A stretch of 64,000 nt of DNA, taken from positions 1 through 64,000 of the forward strand of contig JAUCBJ010006820.1 of the NCBI GenBank assembly GCA_032718475.1, written 5' to 3'. The DNA is from Nemertoderma westbladi. Lineage: Eukaryota; Animalia; Xenacoelomorpha. Below are positions 35,699 to 46,672 of this stretch, piece after piece; the first letter of the stretch is position 1, and the number at the start of each line of letters is the position of its first letter. The notes beneath the pieces were generated by a model. It was not told the DNA's origin and did not search any database. It saw only the letters and a program-made list of their open reading frames with translations. Both the position numbers and the translations under genes were made by a program.

Positions 35699-38600
35699 CT
35701 AACCATTCGGGAGTATTTACCAATTCCTTTGGAGTCGCTCCTCGGGAAGCGATATCTGCTGGATTAATCGTTCCGGGGCAATGTCTCCATTGGTCCATCG
35801 TCGTGCGACTAAGTATGATGGCTACTCTGTTGGTAACGAAGACGCTGAACTGACAGACTTCATTGGTTATATACTCTAACATGAGTAAAGCGTCGGTCCA
35901 ATAGACAGTTTTCTCTAATGGATAGTCAATCTGTTCTGTTACATTCCTGCCGATGGCTGTAGCGTATAGAGCCGCTTTTAACTCTGCTCGAGGAACTTTC
36001 AACTTGTTGTTGATTAATGCCTTAGAAGTAACCAAGGCGACTTTGATTCCATCCGGAGTTTCCACTCTTAGATAGGCTACTATACCTATTCCCATATCGC
36101 TGGCGTCTCCAAACACATGGAGTTGATAGGAATACGTAGGGAGAACATGACCAAAATATGAACGGGAAATTATAAAATCCTCGATAGCCGGCAGAGAATC
36201 TTCCCATTTCATCCACTTTTTTAATAATTCTCCCTTAAGTGGATCGTCCCATGAGTGGTTTTCAAGCCACATTTGTTGTACCAAACTACGAGCAATCAAT
36301 ATAACTGGGCTAATAAATCCCAATGGATCGAAATAAGTGCTCAGTATACTTAAGCAAATCCGTTTGGTTCGAACTGGATTATCTCGCTGTTTTAGCTGGA
36401 AAAACAGGATATCTCGCTCTGTGTCCCATTTCAAGCCGAGTGTCTTGGTTTCTGGCAGATCATCTTTGATCAAATCTAGATCTTTCGCCCCTCGATCTTC
36501 CGCAGGGATCGACTCCAGAAACTCACGGGAGTTGCTGGTGAATTTCGTTAATCGAAACCCACCTCTTTTTAAGCACTCTACTGTTCCTTTAGCGACCTCA
36601 ATGGCTTCCTCAACTGATGGAAGGGACTTCAGATTGTCGTCCATGTATATGTCCCGCTTGATGTTGTCGATCACTTCCTTAGAGAAGGCTTCTCGGTTGT
36701 CCTCGGCAGTGGTACGCACTACCGAACAGGCGTTGGAAGGGCTTGAGATTATCCCAAAGGCCTGGATGGTCATCCAGTACTCCACCGGTTTCTGGTTGAG
36801 GTCTCCTTCGGGCCACCACAGAAATCGTAGACTATCTCGATCCCTATCTAACACTTTAACTTGTAAGAACATGCCTTCTATATCGGAGGCGAAAGCAATC
36901 GAATATTGTCTCAATCTTAAAAGAATTCCCAACAAAGATTGAAGTAAGTTGGGTCCGGGTAACAATTCAGAGTTAAGGGATTGACCCATGTAAAGAGCGG
37001 AGCCATCAAACACTACTCTCACTTCATGTGGTTTACCGGGTTTAGGAACGTAATGGTGAGTTAAGTAGTACGTTCTTTCAGTCACAGATGTTTCTTTCGG
37101 TACTCTCTCCGCGTATCCCTTACTAATAAATTTCTCCAGCTGTGTTTGATACATTTCTTTAGCTGAAGAATTAGCCGTAAGGCGTCGATGGAGTTGCGCG
37201 ATTCTTTTTTCCGCCAAGGGTCTGTTATTGATGAACTTCGGTTCTCTCTTGCGGAAAGGTAGACCGACTTCATACCTACCTTGATCTTTGAGGAAACGTG
37301 TAGTTGTCTCTTGGATCTGCTTGGCCCTTTCCTCTTCCACCGACAAGGCTTTATCGTAGGAATTGGGCTCTACCGCCTCTTGCATAAAGAATCGTACGGC
37401 ATGTTCATCTCGAGTCTTGGCATTGCAACGCTCAATGACGTCATTTAACTCGTCGTTATAAGCTTCTCGTTCAGATGGATAGAGAAGTTGACATAAGTTC
37501 ACTTGGTTTTGCCAAGCCTCGTTTTCCTTAAGGAGATCGATGGTATTCTCCTCATCAAAAAGCTGGTGAACGTCGTCGTTATCTGAGGAGTATGGGGTTC
37601 CCTCAGTTAAATCGTCTCCCTCACTAGCATCATCTTCCCATTCACTCACCTGGCAGACGCGCTCTTGCGGTTGTCTTTCTCTGAGTGTTCTACGGGAAGG
37701 GCCAGTAAAGTACCAACCTACTCTAGTTCTTACCGCATAGGTCTGTAGTGGCTGCGGTTGAGCAGGCCGTTTCTCTAATGTCTCCAGCGCCTCATGCGCG
37801 TTTTGGCCGATGAGTATTTGCACTCCAGGATAATCAGTCTGGAATCGAGGTATGTTAAGATGTTGGATGCTCTCATCCTCGTCCCAATTATAAAGGTCTG
37901 CTTGAGTAGTAGCGAAGTTCTTTATAGCCACCATTTTCACTGACCTTATGCTATGTTCTCCTAGTTCGTCCTGGGGGGTGGACAACGCGCCTACATAATA
38001 ATCTGCTGTTATTGTAGATTTCCAAACTTGCATAATGCCTGACATGTTTAGCTTAGTTTGGAACTTGGGTTGTCCAGCAAATATGTCTTCGGCTAGCTCT
38101 TTGTCGATGAATGTTCCTGTACTACCGGAGTCAAGGAGGGCGTTCACTACATAACTCCTCTTAGGTCCGTGAACCCTTACTTGCACCACAGGAAACTCTC
38201 GGATCCCTACATTGGAAGATGGCTCTTTCCAAGATGGTTGTCGTTCAGAAGTAGTTAGAGTGAAGTCGCTGTCTGTATCCTTTTCATATGTGAGTGCTCG
38301 ATACACTGCGGTATTTATCATATAACAGGATTCATTTTCATCGGAGAACTCGTCCGTATAGAATCCTTCCATCTCAGATTGATCAGTGTCGTTCACATCA
38401 CTGAATTGGACATGTAGTTCGGAATCACTTACCTGATTCGGACTATTTCGCTCGAATTCAACGTGCAACAAGATATGATGTTTCGCACCACACTTTGCAC
38501 ACCTTATGTCCGAGTAACAGGTTCGCCGTTGGTGTCCTTGTCTGAGGCAATTATAACATAACCGCTTATCCCACATGACTTCACGTCTCTCAGTTAATGA

Positions 38601-41600
38601 TTTCTTTAGAAATTCATCATACATATTTAAGCGATGGGTCCCGTCACATAGCGCACATTTCGGTTTGATGTTACTCACCTTACTCTGAGTCACATTGTGT
38701 ACACTTGCTTTTTCTTCGGGCTTTCTCACCTGAATTCTCTTGGGAGACGTAGGAGGAGTTTTTCTTACCTGTTCTCTCCTGTCATTTGTTCGAGACTTGA
38801 ATTTACTTACCTGATCTTTAGGCATTTTATTCACGTAATAAGATCTATCAGTGTCCTTCCCGCTATCTTCTCCTTGAGAAGTCTGGCTTTCGCCGTCGTC
38901 TGTATAACACACTGGTGTTACCTTTCTCCTAGAGACGGGTTTTTCACTTACCTTGTTTTCCGGTGTCTTCTCTCTGGACAGTTTCAGGAGCTGTAATTTC
39001 ACTTCTCCATCTAGGAATGACATGAGATCAGACATGGTAGGGTCTCGTCGTTGTTGTTCCATCATATATAACACTTTCTTATCCCAGCGTGTACCTACTC
39101 CACCCTTCGGTAAAGTAGAAGCCACTGCTCTAATAACCATAGCATTCTGATACTCATGAGACTTACCTAGCCAATCTAATTGTCTACAGATCTCCTGAAT
39201 CTCATCGGAAAACTCTATAATTCCGCTGCTAATAAACTTTCGGGGCGCTACCAACTTTGCATACAAATACCCAGCTATGTTATTCCTATTACCATACCTG
39301 ATGTTTAGTGTATCCCAAACTTGTCTTAATCCGTCTGGATGTCCAATAAACTTTAACGCCATTAACTTGGGAGATCCTTCCAAGCACTCGATGAGGAATC
39401 TAAGTTTCTCTCCATTAGACAGTACAGAGTTCTGTATGTTATCTTTGTAATATTCATTAAAAGGTAACCATTTCATCTCATCTCCATTGAATTTGACTAT
39501 CTCTCCCACCTTCACCGCTTGCCGGGCTTCGGTTCTAGCCATTTGACGCGTAAAACTTTCTTGGGCCATCGTGTTATTTAATATCGAGTTATCGGTATAT
39601 AAATTTCTCGGATTATGATCAGTTCTATAGGGAATGTCATTATCAACAGGTCTATAATTACCCTTAATAGGGTTCACTATAGGAGTTTCGACTTCGCTAG
39701 CAGTATATATGCGTGTAGGCTCCACACCTTGCGCATGAGATACTTCAGACCTAACAGGTTGACACATTGTTACTGAGGGTGGTGGTATACCTCTTTGTGT
39801 ATTTACTAATTTATCGCGTTCTAGCGCGATACTTTGCTGCACTTCTTGCAACTCTAGCCTACTTTCCCTTATTGTGCCTTTGAATTGCTGAACCGTCTCC
39901 TGCATCTGCCCGAGCAGGAGATCCATCCCCCGCCGTCTCTCGTCCACCCATTCGACCGCCGAAGCGGGAGTCGCCAACGTTGTAGCGGGCGGACGAGGGA
40001 CAACGGGCGACAAATTAGGAATATTTCGCTCGGGGTCCAGGACCTGAACTGTCTCCTGGGCAGTTCTACTGGGCACAGGTAGCTTAGTGCTATGCAGAGG
40101 GAATTTAGAGGTAGCTTCAGGGAGCACAGGTGTGTCTATCACCGAAGGGGTGATTTCAAAAACAGGCCTAATTATTTCAGGCTCATCTACTATAGTAGGG
40201 AGTCTTTCTATTTTAATTATTTGGTCTGTGGGTTCTGTACTGCCTAAGTTGGTGTTATTTAGTTGCCTTCTAACAGCTGGAGGCAAATCAGGCAATTTCT
40301 GACGGTGGAATGTTCTTTTACGTCTGCTTAGACGAGATCTATTTCCTTTGCCTTCAGTATCGGTGGTATCGCCTTCTTCAGATGATGTATATCCCTGTCT
40401 TTTGGGAGTAGATCGATTCATCATCTGCATATTACTAGCTGTTAACTGTTTACTGAAGTCGTCTTGCTTCTCTTGAAGATTTTCCAACTCCAGTTGGGCG
40501 ATCTCTTCAGCCGCTCTCCGTTCTGCTTCCGCCACCGCTGCCGCTTTTGCCTCTGCCGCTGCCGCTTTTGCCTCTGCCGCTGCCGCTTTTGCCTCTGCCG
40601 CTGCCGCTTTTGCCTTTGCCTCTGCTTCTGCTGCTGCCGCTTTTGCCTTTGCCTCTGCTTCTGCTGCTGCCGCTTTTGCCTCTGCCGCTGCTTCTGCCAA
40701 GGTCGCTTTTCTTTCTGCCTCTGCCACTGCTGCTATCTTTCTGTCTTCTATACGTTTTTTCCTTACTTGTTCTTCTCGTTCTCTAGCGATGCGGAGTTGT
40801 TCATCGAATTTAGCTTGGTTCGCCGCTAACCTATCCACATCTATTGCATCCAACACACGCTGGGCTCCTTCACTATTAGGGCTAAGTCCATCTAGCCTTC
40901 TCCTCAACTCTTCATCTCCCAAAAAACGCTGATAGTCCGACAGATAGATGTCAATGGCATCCTTCTTATGCGGTTTCTCTGCCGTCGCTTCACTTTCCAC
41001 TTGGGAAAAAGTAGCGTCCGTTGATTCTCCATGGGTTGAGCGCTCCTCCAGCTGAGCTTTCCACTGAGCTGCTCCTTGAACCTGGCGACTCACCCGTTGA
41101 AACCAAGTCTTTACGGCAACTTGCAACGACGTGTCTTGTCTTCTTTTAGAAGCCTCCTCAAAGGCTGATAAGATTAGCCTAATTCGCAGAATTCTTTCTC
41201 TAACTTGATAAAGCAGTTGTCCCTGCTCTTGAGGTCCTTGAGGTTGTTTAAACAGTTGTTTTTCTACTCGCTCCATAGAGCTGAAGAATCCTTGTGCGTA
41301 TCCGGCTGCGGACCTCTTCCATACAGCTGGATCGATGGTTTCCTTGGCTACTCCCATCCGGTGTATGTCTTCCCAGGTAGCTTCTGATAAATCAAACGGG
41401 AGTCCGGGTCCGGGGAAGTTCCATTGCGACTCGACAATAGACTTCAGTTCTTCCCTCGTGTATCCCGCATAACTATCTCTAGTTGATCGCTGACTTCTCG
41501 CCCAATCGATCTGGTGTTCTTCCACCGCAATCAATAACCTAGTGAGTACGGCTGCAGGAAGGATGAGAAGGGGATCCGAATAAACCGCATCCATCATCTT

Positions 41601-41912
41601 TGCTCCGCGTTCGGGTGTCAGTTCTACAGTATCCTCACTACTGGAGCTGTTGGGCCATTGAGAAATAAGTTCTTGGCCCGCGGGTTGTTGCTGTTCTGCT
41701 GCTTCTTGGTCCCGCTTGACCTGAGCTCGAGTGCCTATGATAGACCTACGATGTTGGACCAGCCTAGGTTCTGTTATTACTACAGGAGGGATGACCTTCC
41801 TCACAGTGGGAGGTGAACCGAACTTACGACTAGACGGTTCTACGCCTCTATCTGAGTCGCAGATAGTTACATCTAATAAACTGTCTGACAGGTTCTGCTT
41901 AGTATCAGACAT
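35367..41912 (-). CDS. Gag-protease-RT-RNase H polyprotein of element A
   Basis: KFNGDEMKW gag motif; Cys/His knuckles (CYNCLRQGHQRRTC, CAKCGAKHHILLH); LLDSGS protease; VRVVFDGS, DIEGMFLQV and YMDD in RT; HVFGDAS, VPRAEL and YWTDA in RNase H. Confidence 0.95.
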   Translation of the reverse strand: MSDTKQNLSDSLLDVTICDSDRGVEPSSRKFGSPPTVRKVIPPVVITEPRLVQHRRSIIGTRAQVKRDQEAAEQQQPAGQELISQWPNSSSSEDTVELTPERGAKMMDAVYSDPLLILPAAVLTRLLIAVEEHQIDWARSQRSTRDSYAGYTREELKSIVESQWNFPGPGLPFDLSEATWEDIHRMGVAKETIDPAVWKRSAAGYAQGFFSSMERVEKQLFKQPQGPQEQGQLLYQVRERILRIRLILSAFEEASKRRQDTSLQVAVKTWFQRVSRQVQGAAQWKAQLEERSTHGESTDATFSQVESEATAEKPHKKDAIDIYLSDYQRFLGDEELRRRLDGLSPNSEGAQRVLDAIDVDRLAANQAKFDEQLRIAREREEQVRKKRIEDRKIAAVAEAERKATLAEAAAEAKAAAAEAEAKAKAAAAEAEAKAKAAAAEAKAAAAEAKAAAAEAKAAAVAEAERRAAEEIAQLELENLQEKQDDFSKQLTASNMQMMNRSTPKRQGYTSSEEGDTTDTEGKGNRSRLSRRKRTFHRQKLPDLPPAVRRQLNNTNLGSTEPTDQIIKIERLPTIVDEPEIIRPVFEITPSVIDTPVLPEATSKFPLHSTKLPVPSRTAQETVQVLDPERNIPNLSPVVPRPPATTLATPASAVEWVDERRRGMDLLLGQMQETVQQFKGTIRESRLELQEVQQSIALERDKLVNTQRGIPPPSVTMCQPVRSEVSHAQGVEPTRIYTASEVETPIVNPIKGNYRPVDNDIPYRTDHNPRNLYTDNSILNNTMAQESFTRQMARTEARQAVKVGEIVKFNGDEMKWLPFNEYYKDNIQNSVLSNGEKLRFLIECLEGSPKLMALKFIGHPDGLRQVWDTLNIRYGNRNNIAGYLYAKLVAPRKFISSGIIEFSDEIQEICRQLDWLGKSHEYQNAMVIRAVASTLPKGGVGTRWDKKVLYMMEQQRRDPTMSDLMSFLDGEVKLQLLKLSREKTPENKVSEKPVSRRKVTPVCYTDDGESQTSQGEDSGKDTDRSYYVNKMPKDQVSKFKSRTNDRREQVRKTPPTSPKRIQVRKPEEKASVHNVTQSKVSNIKPKCALCDGTHRLNMYDEFLKKSLTERREVMWDKRLCYNCLRQGHQRRTCYSDIRCAKCGAKHHILLHVEFERNSPNQVSDSELHVQFSDVNDTDQSEMEGFYTDEFSDENESCYMINTAVYRALTYEKDTDSDFTLTTSERQPSWKEPSSNVGIREFPVVQVRVHGPKRSYVVNALLDSGSTGTFIDKELAEDIFAGQPKFQTKLNMSGIMQVWKSTITADYYVGALSTPQDELGEHSIRSVKMVAIKNFATTQADLYNWDEDESIQHLNIPRFQTDYPGVQILIGQNAHEALETLEKRPAQPQPLQTYAVRTRVGWYFTGPSRRTLRERQPQERVCQVSEWEDDASEGDDLTEGTPYSSDNDDVHQLFDEENTIDLLKENEAWQNQVNLCQLLYPSEREAYNDELNDVIERCNAKTRDEHAVRFFMQEAVEPNSYDKALSVEEERAKQIQETTTRFLKDQGRYEVGLPFRKREPKFINNRPLAEKRIAQLHRRLTANSSAKEMYQTQLEKFISKGYAERVPKETSVTERTYYLTHHYVPKPGKPHEVRVVFDGSALYMGQSLNSELLPGPNLLQSLLGILLRLRQYSIAFASDIEGMFLQVKVLDRDRDSLRFLWWPEGDLNQKPVEYWMTIQAFGIISSPSNACSVVRTTAEDNREAFSKEVIDNIKRDIYMDDNLKSLPSVEEAIEVAKGTVECLKRGGFRLTKFTSNSREFLESIPAEDRGAKDLDLIKDDLPETKTLGLKWDTERDILFFQLKQRDNPVRTKRICLSILSTYFDPLGFISPVILIARSLVQQMWLENHSWDDPLKGELLKKWMKWEDSLPAIEDFIISRSYFGHVLPTYSYQLHVFGDASDMGIGIVAYLRVETPDGIKVALVTSKALINNKLKVPRAELKAALYATAIGRNVTEQIDYPLEKTVYWTDALLMLEYITNEVCQFSVFVTNRVAIILSRTTMDQWRHCPGTINPADIASRGATPKELVNTPEWLGGPDFLYREEEEWPPHLTTAEIRQAKGAEKVKPKTRASKSKLFKPAVDLSVLFTSGEDALDQKPTATTKEVLEIRNPERGLEIWNTRYRARTLTPLAESDTSLQFLESAL

Positions 41913-43234
41913 GTTTATGTGTACAGTTGAATGTCTACTGCTGTATTACAGTCTGAGCAAGTCTAGTAACTCAGTATTAACTACTAGCCTAGTAATTAAT
42001 TACCTATACTGCTACTCAGTGTATCGTGATATATATAATATATTAGAATACCGGTATGCTTATAGTATATATAACTATATAAGTATTATTACAGACTGGG
42101 TTTATCACAGAATACCGGTATAATTTTAGCACAAATATATATAAATATATAATAGGCCTATCGGGAATACCGGTATACAGCTTACAGCTTGTAGTATATA
42201 TAATTCTGGACTAGAATTAATTACAAGTACCGGTATGATCTCAGCCTAAATTTATAGAAATAAAGATAATAGGCCTATCGTAAATACCGGTATATCAATT
42301 ATTTTAAATAATTGAATTTCTGAATTTTAGGGTTACTTGGTTACTTTACTTACTTTATTACCGTTATTTGAGCAGTAGTCCAACTGATATTGAGACCTAA
42401 TTGTTGTATGGCAGGCCTACTATTTATAAATCGTTTGAGTTGATTTATAATATATATATACCCGTTTAATGGGTTTTGTCAATGTTTGAAATAAATGTTA
42501 TTATTTCTGGGGAGCAATCACTACACAAAGCGGTGCGCTTTCAGTGAAGTGCTACTTATAGGACACTAAAACAAATAATTCTAATTTACCTAAGTTACTT
42601 AATACTACAAATTACGTACAATTCGGGTGAGATTACAATCTTTAAATAAACACAAAAATTTACAAAAACACAAAATACGAATTTTCAGGGTAATTTTACA
42701 AGAAGTCTGCAAACCAGCCTAACAAAGGGTTAGAAATCTGGTTATTACTACGGACAGGTTACTACGGTATTTGAAAATAATAAGTAGTAGTAAATACACT
42801 GCGCTGTCCAGATAGGAAAATACCACCGCCTGACGACCTATAGCCGTATCGCTATAGGTACTACGTTATGTATCACGGAGTGTTCCTACCTAGAAGTTAA
42901 TAGAGCTAATCGAACGTGCCTATCAACCACTTTACAACACAAATATAATGCCTACACTAATTACTTTCGGAAAGCACTGTACACTAAACCCTAAATTAGG
43001 TACAAGTACTTGTATAACAAATAATCAGTAGTTAAAAATACTTGAACAGCTAAAAGAACCACGGTATCTGCTGGAGTGACCGGTGCACAAAATCACCAGT
43101 CTTTACCTACGCCGAGCAGCCCGTATAGTACCGGGGTTAGTTTAACTATAACGGTATGTATAACAAACACAATTACTGTAGGAATAAACTTGGGGATATG
43201 AATGTTGCGAATAATCGCATAAACTCTGAATAAT

Positions 43235-43800
43235 AAATATTACGCTACGCGTACAGACCATTCAAACAAAATGCAGACCAAATACTGACAGACTACTATC
43301 AAGCCTAAACAAACTACGGTATATGTAGACTCCGAAATGGTTAAGTAGTATGCGTTCTAACCCAGTAGTACGACTTATTCTTTAGATGGGGGTTTACCTT
43401 ACAGCTTTTGCTGCCCCTACTTCCTAACCGTTCTTTATCGGACAGATGCTTTACACACACCGAAATTTCCTCAAACCCAACAGCAGCCAGACAACTATCC
43501 AGCCTACAAATTATCTAAATAAATTATACGCTACCTGTACAGACTACACAAACAAAGTACAGACTAAACGATGGCAGACTACTCTCAAGCCTAAATAAAC
43601 TACAGGACATGCAGACTCCGAAATGATTAGGTAGTATGCGTTCTAACCCAGTAGTACGACTTATTCTTTAGTTGGGGGTTTACCTTACAGCTTTTGCTGC
43701 CCCTACTTCCTAACCGTTCTTTATCGGACAGATGATCTACACACACTGCAATCCGTTCAGACTTAACAACAATCAGACAACAGTCAAGCCTACAAATTAT
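43235..43800. repeat. ~286-bp tandem duplication in the 5' leader of element A
   Basis: GTAGTATGCGTTCTAACCCAGTAGTACGACTTATTCTTTAG occurs at ~43345 and ~43631. Confidence 0.85.
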
Positions 43801-44068
43801 CTGTACAATCTGAGCGGGCTTACACGCCTTCTGCTCAATACTGGCCTACAAATAAATAAAACTGACAGAAATAGGCCTAAGTAAAATCCCAATAAAAACC
43901 AGGCGTCCCCGATTAATTATTAAGACCTACCGGCTTATAATTATCAAAATCGAATAATACTGCTGTACCTGTACTGCTATATGTACCGGTCCGGGTGGTT
44001 AGGTAGTCAGGCCTACTTGGTACCGGTTGCCGGTACTTCTGCTTTATTGCCTACTGCAATACAGAAGC

Positions 44069-44080
44069 TATATCCGTTAT
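44069..44080 (-). promoter_or_regulatory. Non-tRNA-type primer-binding position of element A (sense ATAACGGATATA)
   Basis: Abuts the 5' LTR end and has no TGG. It is the perfect complement of LTR-internal sense TATATCCGTTAT (63310-63299; 30231-30220). Confidence 0.7.
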
Positions 44081-44453
44081 TGTTCGCGCTTTCAGACCTT
44101 TGGCAGTTTAACCCGCCAAATTAGGATGTCTTCTAGATAATAAATCACGTTTAGCCTCTGACAAGTATTTTATTCACTACACTAGTCGAAACCAATCGGT
44201 GCGCGATCATTCACCCGCTGGATATACCCGGGAGATTGGGTTCGACGGCTTAATCGTATTGCTATGTAAGCCTAATGTATTATTCGACTGACAGTATTAT
44301 ATAATCTCTGACAATATTATTCACCTTCGGGGAATATTAACAGTTCCTTTAGGACATGGCGCTCTATCTATAAAAACAGAGTTATGACTTAAACTACTCA
44401 CAACGATATGGCTTAGTTACAATTCACATATATGGCGCATTCTTTAGGAAATG
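44081..44453 (-). repeat. 5' LTR of element A, internal (R/U5-side) part
   Basis: Matches 29480-29852 except one substitution seen; ends at the AAATG target of element B. Confidence 0.95.
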
Positions 44454-46661
44454 TGTTACGGTATATGGCGCTGTATCCACAGTATTAGTCCATTATGCTG
44501 TATCCACAGTATTAGTCCATTATGCAGTATGCAGTATTAGTCCATTATGCAGTATGCAGTATTAGTCCGTTATACTGTACGTAATATTAGTCCGTTGTGC
44601 AGTATAATTATTTAGATAAGGCGCAGTGTGGTGACATTTAGGTAAGGAAGTTAAAACGCCCATATATTTTGCATCCATTCATTTTGTATAGTATGTAGCC
44701 CTACCTACGTAATTTTGTATTAGGATATATGTAGATAGTTCCAGGGTAGCGAGTTTACTCGGACCCTGGATTTTGTGCTTGCTGATATTAGTTTGATAGG
44801 GCTAGCATATAGGGACGCTGTCCTGGCCATTCAGCAGCCAGAGACGTGATCCATTACCATATATGGTAATAATTTGAGGGCATAGGGCTACAATCCGGTC
44901 TCCTTATTGGATTAACTGCTTCCAGGTTGGTTTAATGCTAGCATAGACTGGAGAGCCAATGGGAGAGCGATTGAGTCACCTTATTGCATCACCCCATCCG
45001 GATCACCTATAAATTGGCGGTGTGCCGGTAGGGCCTTTGTTGTTCATATGTTCATGCTTTATCACATGACACACCCCTGTTACAATTTACTTGCTGAGCT
45101 GTCTCTAATTTTGTATTAGGATATCGTATTTTCTGCAATTTGCTAATTTGATTAATTTCTTGAAATGATTTGCTAGTTTGTGTTTGTGGTTGTTTGTGTT
45201 TCTCAATAATTCCTTCGATTACTGCTAATTACAATTGAACTATGATTTCTACTCTTTGATTAATGGTTCTATGTGATTCTTTTCTGCGCAATAATCCTAA
45301 GGGATTTCTGAGACTGTCAGACTTTGTGATTTGCATGCGCCGCTACGGTAGCTATTAGCATCATGGAGGGCTAAGGTGCCAGTGGGCGGTGGGCGCATCG
45401 GGGGGTTGAGCGACTAGGAGAGAGCGGAGGATTCAAAACGGGCAACGCTGGCCAGGGTCACCGTTGCGGGCGGGTATCTTGCACTGCGGCACGCAGACCG
45501 ATCGCCGGTACAGTATCTAGGGGGCTGATGATCCAGGTTTTGTCTCTATTTAGTATTAGGGGGGCAGGAATTGGGTTAGTTAGGAATCCTAGATGTACCC
45601 GGGAGAGGCCTGCGCGTATTACAACGTTGAGTATGGAGTACGAGTAGTGAATTGCACAATTGTAAACTGTGATTTCTAACGCTGATTGGTGTGTTATTGA
45701 AGTGTGCCTAAGATTACGAATGCTTAGATAGGCGCTCTTTTTCCTTTGATTGATTTCTATTTCTTAGTTACAATAATTAGTTATTGATTAGGTCAAAGTA
45801 ATACGGCAATTTAGGCTATTACTAGCGAAACCTGTTGCGTGATAGATTAGAATTACGTATTCTGGAATTCTTAGTAATTAGTACGCTGTTAAATATTTGT
45901 GACTGTAATTAATTAGTAAAAATTAAGAATTAGTACGCAGCATAGCGGAGAGTAGCTAAGGTAATAATTAGTGTACTGTAAACTATTCACGCTGAGCGGT
46001 TATTTGCATTAGCGGGCAATCAGCTAGAACGCACTATTCGGTACGCACGATACGCTAGTAATTTTGCTGCCCTAAAGCCAGCCGCGGGCAGTTTTAGACT
46101 CGGAGTGGTGTTATCCACGTAGAAACAGATACTGTACCATTTTGATATTTTAAATATTCTCGCATTCACACATTACGTTAGGGAACCTCCAGTATTCGCG
46201 ATTAGAAAGACGTAGGTAATAGCGTGCTTTAATAGTGATAAAATTAGGCGTAAGAATACTCTGAGTGCAAGGCCTCTCGCACTCGTCTTAAGTAAGCTTA
46301 GGGAGCCGACTCGGGTTTATTGTTTTGGTTATTCCCGCGTGGCTCATAGATTCGAACAGTTAGCTCTCTATCGAGCAATCGGTAGAGAAAGGAACAAGCG
46401 ATTTTGCAGGAGTTGTGTAAAATTAGTAAAATATATTAGTGGACGGCAGATTAGCGCCATCTAACGGTAAGTAGCGGTTTTGTATTTAGCAACCCTTACA
46501 ATTTAGTAATAGCACGCTCCTAATCCCCTTTACTTAACAGTAGAGCAGTTTTTGTGTCTTATTGGATAGGCGAGAGCTCATTAGGTTGGCAGAAGGATAT
46601 TAACGGGTATTGGTCTGTTCAACAGTTCTGCTGTTAGTATAGAGGTCGCGGTTGTTTATCA
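44454..46661 (+). repeat. 5' LTR of element B (2208 bp)
   Basis: Near-identical to 60723-62926 (about 6 substitutions plus one 16-vs-12 bp block, by eye). CCAAT at 44956 and TATAAA at 45008. Confidence 0.96.
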
Positions 46662-46672
46662 GTAATACGCGC
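46662..46672 (+). promoter_or_regulatory. Non-tRNA-type primer-binding position of element B (GTAATACGCGC)
   Basis: Abuts the LTR-terminal CA and has no TGG. It is the perfect complement of GCGCGTATTAC at 45612-45622 (61877-61887 in the 3' LTR). Confidence 0.7.

Noticed and set aside
45515-45600. Hammerhead ribozyme suggested by CTGATGA at 45525
   Set aside because: No correctly placed GAAA/stem III/NUH could be found by eye; kept only as a generic stem-loop.
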